Source of the DNA: Lachnospiraceae bacterium
Lineage (GTDB): Bacteria > Bacillota > Clostridia > Lachnospirales > Lachnospiraceae
NCBI GenBank assembly: GCA_016301965.1
Contig: JAEDOO010000001.1
Coordinates: forward strand, 4,283 to 68,282
Length of the DNA stretch: 64,000 nt
Direction of reading: 5' to 3'
Notes under the pieces: model-generated
What the model saw: the letters and a program-made list of their open reading frames with translations, nothing else
The model's database searches: none
What the model was told of the DNA's origin: nothing
Program-made: the position numbers and the translations under genes
Part shown: positions 38,126-46,483 of the stretch, one piece after another
Layout of the letters: each line of letters starts with the position of its first letter
How positions within the stretch are numbered: position 1 is the stretch's first letter

Positions 38126-39457
38126 TTGGGCAGGATCTGTGTGCAGGGCAAAAGAGAGCTTCAGGGAGAAGTTGCGGTTCAGGGATCAAAAAATGCTGCG
38201 CTGCCCATCATGGCAGCGGCTCTATTACATAAAGGAAGTACAGTACTGCACAATTGTCCGAAAATATCAGATGTATTTGTTATGGAACAGATTTTGCGGC
38301 AGCTTGGGGTTGTTACCCATTGGGAAGGTCATTCACTGCTCCTGGATTGCCGTCAGGTGTGCGGATACAGTATTCCAGCCTCTGAGACAGAGAAAATGCG
38401 GGCATCTGTTTTGCTGGCGGGGAGCCTTCTTGGCCGAAAAAAATGTGTGTGTATGGGATATCCGGGAGGCTGCGTGATTGGACATCGGCCGATCGATCTT
38501 CATCTGGAGGTGTTTACCCGCATGGGAGCTTATAAAGATGAGGATGGAAAACAATTGAAGATCACGGCAGACAGCCTGCAGGGAATCCGATACCGGTTTC
38601 CGAAAGTCTCCGTAGGAGCAACGGAAAATGCTGTTCTTGCTGCGGTGGCAGGAGAGGGCTGGACCATATTGGAGAATGCAGCCCGGGAACCGGAAGTGAC
38701 CGCTCTTTGCAGTTTCCTGAAAAAAATGGGTGTAAGAATAGAAAACGACGGGAGGGGAACGCTGTGCATTCTGGGCGGCTGCCTGCTTTCAGATGTGGAA
38801 TTTGCCATTCCGCCGGACAGAATTGTGGCGGGAACTTTTTTGCTGGCAGGAGCTGCAATGCGTTCCAGAATCACTCTTTTGCAGGCGCCTTCCCGACAGC
38901 TTAACAGTCTGCTGACCCTTTATAAGAAAATGGGTGGACAATATTTGGTCAGTGGTGGTACACTGGAAACTGACAGTCGCGGTGTCAGGTGTGCTTTGCC
39001 GCTGACTGAGACGGGAGTTTATCCTGGATTTCCCACAGATCTGCAGCCTCTATTGATGGCTGTATGCTGTACGCTGCAGGGGGAAAGCCGGATTCGGGAA
39101 AATGTATTTGACAATCGGTTTCGTGTGGCAGAGCCACTGAAGAAAATGGGAGCAAAAATTAAAATCAGAGATACATATGCCGAAATTCAAGGTCCGGCAG
39201 TACTCAAAGGCTGCCGGGTAAAAGCCATGGATCTGAGAGCGGGTGCCGCTCTTGTAATAGCAGCACTTTATGCGGAGGGTGAAACGATCATAGATTCCTG
39301 CGAGTACATTGAGCGGGGCTATGAAACACTGTATCAGGATATTAACCTGCTGGGTGGCAGGATCAGAAAAGAGAATGATAGTATAGATGAAACAGAAACT
39401 ACAGGAATATTTGAAAAAAATCAAACAGAAACTACAGGCTGGTCTGCAAAAGAGTAA
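38126..39457 (+). CDS. murA: UDP-N-acetylglucosamine 1-carboxyvinyltransferase
   Basis: TTG start. GSKNAALPIMAAALL and the catalytic-Cys motif YPGGCVIGHRPIDLH. It has a ~25-aa C-terminal tail beyond the usual end. Confidence 0.9.
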   Translation: MGRICVQGKRELQGEVAVQGSKNAALPIMAAALLHKGSTVLHNCPKISDVFVMEQILRQLGVVTHWEGHSLLLDCRQVCGYSIPASETEKMRASVLLAGSLLGRKKCVCMGYPGGCVIGHRPIDLHLEVFTRMGAYKDEDGKQLKITADSLQGIRYRFPKVSVGATENAVLAAVAGEGWTILENAAREPEVTALCSFLKKMGVRIENDGRGTLCILGGCLLSDVEFAIPPDRIVAGTFLLAGAAMRSRITLLQAPSRQLNSLLTLYKKMGGQYLVSGGTLETDSRGVRCALPLTETGVYPGFPTDLQPLLMAVCCTLQGESRIRENVFDNRFRVAEPLKKMGAKIKIRDTYAEIQGPAVLKGCRVKAMDLRAGAALVIAALYAEGETIIDSCEYIERGYETLYQDINLLGGRIRKENDSIDETETTGIFEKNQTETTGWSAKE

Positions 39458-40700
39458 ACAACGGCTGAGCAGTCAGAAACTGGACAATATCCCTCGGGTC
39501 AGTCCGAAGCTGGCAGCAGGAATTGGAATTTCTCTGGTAGTATTTGCCGCTGTGCTGTGGTTTTTCGTCCATTTTTCCGTGCGTGAAGTTATTGTGCTTG
39601 GCAATATCCATTATACAAAAGAGGAGATCACGGATACGGTACAGAGGGGACTTTTCGGAAACAATACCCTGATCGTGAGCCGCAGCCGCAAGAGTTTTTC
39701 ACCGGAGACACTGGATCTTGTAGACCGGATCGAAGTGGAGATGAAAGATGAGCATACACTTCAGATCACAGTGCAGGAACGACAGCTGATCGGTTATGTA
39801 CAATATCTGGATAGCAATCTGTATTTTGACAGTGAAGGCCGCATCATGAACAGTGTGGTGCGGGAAGAAGAGACTGCCGAAGAAGAGCAGAAGGTACTTG
39901 CAGCAGAAGCTGTGGGAAAGACAGCTACATCCTATGTGGCTGCAATGAAGGAGGCTCCTCAGATTTGTGGTCTTAACTTTGCCTGGGCACGTCTGCACGA
40001 AATACTGCCGGTAGAGGATGCTTCTGTATTTAATACGATTCTGGGCATCAGCCGAATGATCAACAAATACAGTATTTTTCCGGATGCTGTGGTATTTGAT
40101 GAGAAAATGGATATTTCTCTGACATATGGTGAGATCACGGTGGATTTGGGTGCGGATCAGCTGATGGAAGAGAAGCTGGCAAGAGTGGCTGCCATACTGC
40201 CGAGTATAGAAGGAAAACAGGGAATTCTGCATATGGAAGATTATGACGGAAGCTCTGAAAATATCGTCTTTTCCCAGACGCTTCTGACGGCAGAAGCTGT
40301 TGATGATGAGGAAGATGAAACCGTACAGGAGAAAGGACAATCAGAGAAAGATGACACAGAAGAATCTGTGTCTCATGAGTATGCGCTGGTGCTTCGAGAC
40401 GATGAAACTGCGAAAGATACAAAAGGTGACGCTCATACAACGGAGGCAGATCAGCTGACGGGAAATCCCTCGTCGGAAAGTACGCAGCTGACAGCAGGAG
40501 ATTATCCGGCGGAAAGTACAGAAACTGCACCGTCAGCAACAAGCCAGACAACAGGATCAGGCCAGACAGAAACGGCCGGTCAGACAACAGAAAGTTCACA
40601 GAACAATACAGGAAATCCGGCAGAAGAAACCACGCCGCCGCAGTCTTCCGGGACGCAGCAGATACAGATCGACAAACCTGTATTGAATAATCTTCCCTAG
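39387..40700 (+). CDS. ftsQ: FtsQ/DivIB-like cell division protein (TM + POTRA) with Thr/Ser/Gln-rich tail
   Basis: TM segment LAAGIGISLVVFAAVLWFFV is followed by the POTRA-like VREVIVLGNIHYTKEEI. The only in-frame ATG/GTG/TTG upstream of the TM is 39387, giving a 71-nt overlap with murA. Confidence 0.75.
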   Translation: MKQKLQEYLKKIKQKLQAGLQKSKQRLSSQKLDNIPRVSPKLAAGIGISLVVFAAVLWFFVHFSVREVIVLGNIHYTKEEITDTVQRGLFGNNTLIVSRSRKSFSPETLDLVDRIEVEMKDEHTLQITVQERQLIGYVQYLDSNLYFDSEGRIMNSVVREEETAEEEQKVLAAEAVGKTATSYVAAMKEAPQICGLNFAWARLHEILPVEDASVFNTILGISRMINKYSIFPDAVVFDEKMDISLTYGEITVDLGADQLMEEKLARVAAILPSIEGKQGILHMEDYDGSSENIVFSQTLLTAEAVDDEEDETVQEKGQSEKDDTEESVSHEYALVLRDDETAKDTKGDAHTTEADQLTGNPSSESTQLTAGDYPAESTETAPSATSQTTGSGQTETAGQTTESSQNNTGNPAEETTPPQSSGTQQIQIDKPVLNNLP

Positions 40701-40750
40701 GAGGGGAAAGTAAAGAATGTGAAAACCAGATGAAAAAATGAAAAAAAGAG

Positions 40751-40779
40751 TTGCGCATTGCGGTTTGGGAATGTATTAT
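40751..40779 (+). promoter_or_regulatory. candidate ftsZ promoter
   Basis: TTGCGC (40751-40756), 17-nt spacer, TATTAT (40774-40779) preceded by TG. Confidence 0.45.
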
Positions 40780-40863
40780 ATATACGTATATGACTTTATA
40801 TGGGATTTTTTTGCCCTAAGGGGTTTTAATTGTAGCACGTTTAGTTAAAAAGGAGGAAATACT

Positions 40864-42018
40864 TTGTTAGAGATCATGACAAATGAAGCTGAGTCTTCGG
40901 CAAAGATCATTGTAATCGGTGTCGGCGGTGCCGGCAATAATGCTGTAAATCGCATGGTTGAAGAATCTATCGGCGGAGTTGAGTTCGTCGGAATCAATAC
41001 AGATAAACAGGCCCTGACTCTGTGCAAGGCTCCCACTGTTCTGCAGATCGGTGAGAAACTGACAAAAGGTCTTGGCGCAGGCGCCAAGCCGGAAATCGGT
41101 GAAAAGGCTGCTGAGGAGAGCATGGAAGAGATCCGTCAGATTATGGAAGGGGCAGATATGGTATTCGTTACCTGCGGTATGGGCGGCGGTACTGGTACTG
41201 GTGCGGCTCCGGTCGTTGCCGGGATTGCCAAAGAAATGGGCATTCTGACTGTCGGCGTGGTAACCAAACCTTTCCGTTTTGAGGCCAGAACGCGTATGAG
41301 CAATGCTCTGGCAGGAATTGAGAAACTGGAAGCCAATGTAGACACGCTGATCGTTATCCCGAACGATAAACTTCTGGAAATCGTTGATCGTCGTACCACG
41401 ATGCCGGAGGCATTAAAGAAAGCGGATGAAGTTCTTCAGCAGGCTGTTCAGGGTATCACGGATCTTATCAATCTGCCGGCTCTGATCAACCTTGACTTTG
41501 CTGATGTTAAGACTGTCATGGTGGATAAGGGTGTGGCTCATATCGGTATCGGTGAAGCCAAAGGTGACGATAAGGCTCTTGAGGCTGTACAGCAGGCTGT
41601 ATCCAGTCCTCTTCTGGAGACAACCATCAACGGTGCATCCCATGTTATCATCAATATTTCCGGTGATATTTCTCTTATGGATGCCAACGATGCTGCAAGC
41701 TATGTACAGGATCTGGCTGGAGAAGATGCCAATATTATCTTTGGTGCAATGTATGACGATACTGCTGTGGATACAGCCAGAATCACAGTTATTGCTACAG
41801 GACTGGATGATGCGACCGCTAAGATGGCCAGCGTAAAAGAAGGTACTCCGAAGAAGAAAGCAGCAGAAGAAAAACCGGCGGCTGAGAAGAAACCGGTACA
41901 GCAGAATGCTCCATCTTTCACAATGCCGACTTTCTCTATTCCGGCTGCAACACCGATGACGAGCACTGTACAGAAAAAAGATATCCAGATTCCGGATTTC
42001 CTCAAAAATAAAAGATAA
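40864..42018 (+). CDS. ftsZ: cell division GTPase FtsZ
   Basis: Motifs [10 protein letters not shown] and [13 protein letters not shown] 40864 lies 7 nt after AGGAGG; ATG 40876 is an alternative start. Confidence 0.96.
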   Translation: MLEIMTNEAESSAKIIVIGVGGAGNNAVNRMVEESIGGVEFVGINTDKQALTLCKAPTVLQIGEKLTKGLGAGAKPEIGEKAAEESMEEIRQIMEGADMVFVTCGMGGGTGTGAAPVVAGIAKEMGILTVGVVTKPFRFEARTRMSNALAGIEKLEANVDTLIVIPNDKLLEIVDRRTTMPEALKKADEVLQQAVQGITDLINLPALINLDFADVKTVMVDKGVAHIGIGEAKGDDKALEAVQQAVSSPLLETTINGASHVIINISGDISLMDANDAASYVQDLAGEDANIIFGAMYDDTAVDTARITVIATGLDDATAKMASVKEGTPKKKAAEEKPAAEKKPVQQNAPSFTMPTFSIPAATPMTSTVQKKDIQIPDFLKNKR

Positions 42019-42044
42019 TCTGTCTGAATAATAACAAAAGACCT

Positions 42045-42089
42045 AAAAAGCACTGTTTCCCATGCTTATCGGAAAACAGTGCTTTTTTT
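42045..42089. terminator. bidirectional rho-independent terminator between ftsZ (+) and aroE (-)
   Basis: aaaaagcactgtttcc - loop - ggaaaacagtgcttttttt, with an A tract on one side and a T tract on the other. Confidence 0.8.
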
Positions 42090-42135
42090 ACTTTATTGCC
42101 ATAAGGTCTGAAAGGATGTTTATGACAATAACATA

Positions 42136-43017
42136 TTATTTGGAAAAGAATTTTTCCTTAACCAGATCTGTGGGCATAGCAAGACCGGTAAAATGATGAA
42201 AGGCTACTGCGCCCTGATAAAGCAGCATATACATGCCATTGCCGGTGATGCAGCCGCGTTCTTTTGCCATGGACAGGAAACGGGTTTCCTGTGGGTCGTA
42301 GATAACATCGCATACGTGCAGGCCGGGATAAAAAACCTCGGGATCGGTAACGATGCAGTTTTCCGGATGAGGATTCATACCCACAGAGGTGGCATTGATC
42401 AGCATATCACTTTCGGCAGCACAGCGTTTCAGAGAGGCCATGTCGGCAGAATCGTACAGCTCAACAGTTGTCTTGGTGGTGGAACGAATGGCATCGGCCA
42501 AAGCTTCGGTACGTTGGTGAAAACGACTGGAAGGACGGGAAAAAATGTGAATTTTTCGGGCGTTGTCCAGGGCGGCCTGAGCACAGATGGCGGTACCGGC
42601 ACCCCCGGCTCCCAAAATGGTAATGGACTTGCCTTCCGGCCGGAAACCGGTTTCGGCAGCAGCTTTCCAGAAGCCGGCCCCGTCTGTGTTGTATCCATAA
42701 AGGATACCGTCACGGTTGACAACCGTATTGACAGCCTGCATAAGTTTGGCTTCCGGAGAAAGATGATCGCAAAGCTCAACCATACGGTTTTTGTTTGGCA
42801 TCGTAAGATTAAAACCTCGGATCCCGGCAGCTTTCAGACCGTCTACCGCGGTTTTTAACTGTTCCTCGAGAATTTCAAAGCAAAGATATACACTGTCCAG
42901 GCCGAGATACCGAAAAGACAGGTTATGCATCAGTGGAGATTTGCTGTGGTGTACAGGACTTCCCAGCAATCCATACAGGCTGGTAGTCCCGGTGATTTCG
43001 GGTATACTTGAAGACAT
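42136..43017 (-). CDS. aroE: shikimate dehydrogenase
   Basis: Motifs GSPVHHSKSPLMHN and ILGAGGAG. 293 aa. Confidence 0.9.
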   Translation of the reverse strand: MSSSIPEITGTTSLYGLLGSPVHHSKSPLMHNLSFRYLGLDSVYLCFEILEEQLKTAVDGLKAAGIRGFNLTMPNKNRMVELCDHLSPEAKLMQAVNTVVNRDGILYGYNTDGAGFWKAAAETGFRPEGKSITILGAGGAGTAICAQAALDNARKIHIFSRPSSRFHQRTEALADAIRSTTKTTVELYDSADMASLKRCAAESDMLINATSVGMNPHPENCIVTDPEVFYPGLHVCDVIYDPQETRFLSMAKERGCITGNGMYMLLYQGAVAFHHFTGLAMPTDLVKEKFFSK

Positions 43018-43179
43018 AATGACACTTCCTTTGTGTAAAGAATTAAATTAATCTTATCTTAGCATGGATAGACATTCCTTGTAAAGAAAGTTATAATATA
43101 ACCGTTTGCAACAGCCGATACAGCATTTTGCGGCTGAAAAAAAGAGACAAACACAGAAGAGATAAGAGGATAGGAAAAA

Positions 43180-43938
43180 ATGAAACGTACAGTACAGATA
43201 AAAAATTTGAACATTGGCAGTGGTATGCCGAAAATCTGTGTTCCCATTACTGGTGTGACGGAAACAGAGATCCTGGCACAGGCAGCTGCCATAAAAGAGG
43301 CATCTCCCGATCTTGTGGAATGGCGAGTGGATTTTTTTGCGCAAAGGGAAGAAGAGAAGGCGGTAGAGAAGATCCTTTCGGCACTGGCAGAGATTTTGCA
43401 GGGTATCCCTCTGCTGTTTACCCTGCGTACAGACCGGGAAGGAGGCGCTGCCCATGTGGATGTGCCGACGTATGAAAAAATTTTGCGCCATGCATTGCTG
43501 TGCCCGCAGACAGATCTGATCGATGTGGAAGTGATGAAGGATGTGGATTGTGCGGCGCGCATCACAGACGCTGCCCATGACAGAAATGTTCCTGTGATTG
43601 CGTCTAACCATCATTTTGAAGGAACTCCTTCAAATGAAGAGATAGACTGCATTTTTTCCTGCATGGAAAAAACAGGCGCAGATATCCTGAAGATGGCGGT
43701 AATGCCGGAGAATGGCTACGATGTGGTGCGGATGATGGAACAAACCTTACGCTGGAATGAAAGAAGTGAACGGCCGCTGATTACCATGTCCATGGGAACC
43801 TTAGGGGGGATCAGCCGCATGTGCGGAGAAATGACGGGCTCCTCTGTAACTTTTGCTTCGGTAACGGCGGCATCTGCGCCGGGGCAGATCGATATGACTT
43901 CTCTCAAATATATATTGCAGATTCTGCACCGGGAGTGA
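43180..43938 (+). CDS. aroD: type I 3-dehydroquinate dehydratase
   Basis: 252 aa. Motifs LVEWRVDFF, ADILKMAVMP (Schiff-base Lys) and SMGTLGGISR. Confidence 0.9.
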   Translation: MKRTVQIKNLNIGSGMPKICVPITGVTETEILAQAAAIKEASPDLVEWRVDFFAQREEEKAVEKILSALAEILQGIPLLFTLRTDREGGAAHVDVPTYEKILRHALLCPQTDLIDVEVMKDVDCAARITDAAHDRNVPVIASNHHFEGTPSNEEIDCIFSCMEKTGADILKMAVMPENGYDVVRMMEQTLRWNERSERPLITMSMGTLGGISRMCGEMTGSSVTFASVTAASAPGQIDMTSLKYILQILHRE

Positions 43939-43944
43939 AAATCC

Positions 43945-44010
43945 TGTCGAATTGTTTTTTATAGTGTCCGCACTGTTTTGACAAATAAAGCACCTCATCC
44001 TTTCTATAAT
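43945..44010 (+). promoter_or_regulatory. candidate Spo0A-dependent spoIIG promoter
   Basis: 0A box TGTCGAA (43945-43951). TTGACA (43978-43983) is overlapped by the reverse near-0A box TTTGACA. A 21-nt spacer precedes TATAAT (44005-44010). Confidence 0.5.
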
Positions 44011-44047
44011 GGAATGCATCTGGACAACAGAGAATTCTGTTATAGGA

Positions 44048-44779
44048 ATGGTGAGGTGCTTTTTGTATGTGGTAAAAGCTCTGAAGACCAAAGAATGGCA
44101 CAGAAAGAACTGGTGGATTCCGGCAGGGCTGGCTGCCGCCGGTGCGCTGAGATATACGGGAAACAGAGTGCATCCTAAAAGCAGCGCATACGTTTTGCGT
44201 GAAATCAGGGATGTTCGATTGTCTGTCTGCGGAGAGACTGTGGGACTCAGAGGTCTTGTGGATACGGGAAACTGTCTGTATGACGGCAGGGAATGCAGGC
44301 CGGTATGTGTGATGGATAAAGCGGTAATCGAGAAAGAGCTGCCTTTGCTGAAAAAACGTATGGAACGTTATCTCAGAGGGGAGTATACAGAGGGAAAACT
44401 TGATTTCCATTATCTTCCTTACTGTAGTCTCGGTCGGCCCGATGGGCTGGCTCTCGTTTTTACGGCGGAATATCTGATCGTCCAAAGGAACAGAAGCAAA
44501 AGAAAAACAATGCATCCGAGGATTGCTGTTGCCGACGGCAGTCTGTTATTTGGCCGGGCTTATCAGATCATACTGAATCCGGATGTTTTGCGAAAAAAGG
44601 GAGGAATGAAGCATGGCAGGTTATGCAGTCGGCAGAGAACGGGCAAGGGGATGTTTCCCTGGTTTTACCAGAATACGGATACAGAAAACGGGAGAAATTT
44701 GCTATATTGGAGGAACAGATATTCTTCCGGCCCCTCTTTCTTTGGAAGAAGAAGCACAGATGATCCAGAAATTTCATGA
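44048..44779 (+). CDS. spoIIGA: SpoIIGA-like aspartic protease (pro-sigma-E processing), N-terminally short and C-terminally extended; possibly degenerate
   Basis: [11 protein letters not shown] (the catalytic DxGN motif), YLPYCSLG and [11 protein letters not shown] align with the B. subtilis SpoIIGA C-terminal domain. The start is uncertain (ATG 44048, TTG 44063 or GTG 44069); track ATG 44009 lies inside the -10 box. There are about 85 residues or fewer before the catalytic Asp. The 3' end overlaps sigE by 167 nt. Confidence 0.6.
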   Translation: MVRCFLYVVKALKTKEWHRKNWWIPAGLAAAGALRYTGNRVHPKSSAYVLREIRDVRLSVCGETVGLRGLVDTGNCLYDGRECRPVCVMDKAVIEKELPLLKKRMERYLRGEYTEGKLDFHYLPYCSLGRPDGLALVFTAEYLIVQRNRSKRKTMHPRIAVADGSLLFGRAYQIILNPDVLRKKGGMKHGRLCSRQRTGKGMFPWFYQNTDTENGRNLLYWRNRYSSGPSFFGRRSTDDPEIS

Positions 44780-45350
44780 GACAGCGGATGAAGACGCAAG
44801 AAATCAGCTGATTGAACATAATCTGCGTCTGGTAGTATATATTGCCCAGAAATTTGATAACACCGGTGTGGGATCAGAAGATTTGATTTCCATTGGTACG
44901 ATAGGTCTGATCAAGGCGGTGAATTCCTTTGATCCCGGAAAAAAGATCAAACTGGCGACCTACGCGTCCCGATGTATTGAAAATGAGATTCTGATGTATC
45001 TGAGAAGGAACAGCAAACTCAGAATGGAAGTTTCCATAGACGAGCCGCTGAATGTAGATTGGGATGGCAATGAACTTCTTCTGTCAGATATCCTGGGAAC
45101 AGATGAGGATCTGATCTATCGGGATCTGGAACAGGAAGTGGAGTGCAGATTGCTGAAAGGGGCTATTTCCCGTCTGAGCAGAAGGGAGCAGACGATAATC
45201 TGTCTGAGGTTTGGCATTAATATGCCGGATGGAAAGGAAAAGACACAAAAAGAAGTGGCAGATATTCTGGGTATTTCGCAATCCTATATTTCCAGACTGG
45301 AGAAACGTATTATGAAACAGCTGAAAAAAGATATAGCCCGCTATGAATAG
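44613..45350 (+). CDS. sigE: sporulation sigma factor SigE (pro-sigma-E)
   Basis: [33 protein letters not shown] and [19 protein letters not shown]. The ATG lies 8 nt after GGGAGG. Confidence 0.93.
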   Translation: MAGYAVGRERARGCFPGFTRIRIQKTGEICYIGGTDILPAPLSLEEEAQMIQKFHETADEDARNQLIEHNLRLVVYIAQKFDNTGVGSEDLISIGTIGLIKAVNSFDPGKKIKLATYASRCIENEILMYLRRNSKLRMEVSIDEPLNVDWDGNELLLSDILGTDEDLIYRDLEQEVECRLLKGAISRLSRREQTIICLRFGINMPDGKEKTQKEVADILGISQSYISRLEKRIMKQLKKDIARYE

Positions 45351-45455
45351 ATAGCTGTCAAGGTGTATTATTTTTTAAATTTCTACAGCAATCGTATATT
45401 CGATGCCATAAATGAGAATCATTTTACTATCCGATGGATAGGAGGATTCTTAATT

Positions 45456-46232
45456 ATGGCATTGCATAAAGTGGAAATCTGCGGAGTCAGTACAGCCAAA
45501 TTGCCGGTACTGAGCGATGAAGAAAAACAGACTTTACTGGAAAAAGTCAAGGCAGGAGACCAGGAGGCCAGAGAAACCTATATCAAAGGAAATCTGCGGT
45601 TGGTCTTAAGTGTGATCCGACGTTTTTCGGGCAGTAATGAGAATGCAGATGATCTGTTTCAGATCGGCTGTATAGGACTGATCAAGGCGATTGATAATTT
45701 TGATACCAGTCTGCAGGTAAAATTCAGCACATACGCCGTACCCATGATCATTGGTGAAGTACGCAGATATCTGCGTGATAATAACAGTGTCCGGGTCAGC
45801 CGTTCTTTGAAGGACACTGCTTATAAAGCAATCAGCGCCAGAGAACGTTATATGAAGACGAAACAAAAAGAACCGTCACTGGATGAAATTGCGCAGGAAA
45901 TAGGTATCAGTCAGGAAGATATTGTCTATGCGCTGGACGCCATGCAAAGTCCAATGAGCCTGTACGAGCCGGTATATACAGAAGGCGGCGATGTGCTGTA
46001 TGTGATGGATCAGATCAGTGACCGCAAAAATAAGGAGGAAAACTGGATCGAGGATATTTCTCTCCGGGAGGCGATGGAACGTCTGGAACAAAGGGAGAAA
46101 CATATCATTAGTCTGCGGTTTTTTGAAGGGAGGACGCAGACAGAGGTGGCCAGGGAAATTGGCATTTCACAGGCACAGGTTAGCCGGCTGGAAAAACATG
46201 CTTTGGGGCATATGCGGCAGTATCTGAGCTGA
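45456..46232 (+). CDS. sigG: sporulation sigma factor SigG
   Basis: MALHKVEICGVSTAKLPVLSDEE, GNLRLVLSVIRRF and GISQAQVSRLEK. Start at ATG 45456 after GGAGG. Confidence 0.9.
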   Translation: MALHKVEICGVSTAKLPVLSDEEKQTLLEKVKAGDQEARETYIKGNLRLVLSVIRRFSGSNENADDLFQIGCIGLIKAIDNFDTSLQVKFSTYAVPMIIGEVRRYLRDNNSVRVSRSLKDTAYKAISARERYMKTKQKEPSLDEIAQEIGISQEDIVYALDAMQSPMSLYEPVYTEGGDVLYVMDQISDRKNKEENWIEDISLREAMERLEQREKHIISLRFFEGRTQTEVAREIGISQAQVSRLEKHALGHMRQYLS

Positions 46233-46254
46233 AAAGTGAGACGGGAATCCCAAA

Positions 46255-46325
46255 AGAAAAGCAGTCCCTCTGAAAGACGGTTATGTATTCCTGAGCGACT
46301 TTCAGAGGGACTGCTTTTCTTTTTT
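46255..46325 (+). terminator. rho-independent terminator after sigG
   Basis: 22-bp arms agaaaagcagtccctctgaaag / ctttcagagggactgcttttct, then a T tract. Confidence 0.85.
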
Positions 46326-46483
46326 ACTGCAGGTGTAACAGAGTGATACGAATATGATACAAAGATGAAGAATGGTTAAATTTGAGAAAAACCGTGGAAA
46401 GGACAAAGGAGTTGTGTTAAGATAGGCATCAGTTATCCCGAACGAAGGTTATGGGATAAAATCTATACAGAAAGAGGGATTCT

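Noticed and set aside
45351-45455. Possible sigma-F/sigma-G promoter upstream of sigG (GTATA ... GAGAATCAT)
   Set aside because: The match to the forespore promoter consensus is only partial and depends on the spacing chosen. I cannot support it without a scoring matrix.
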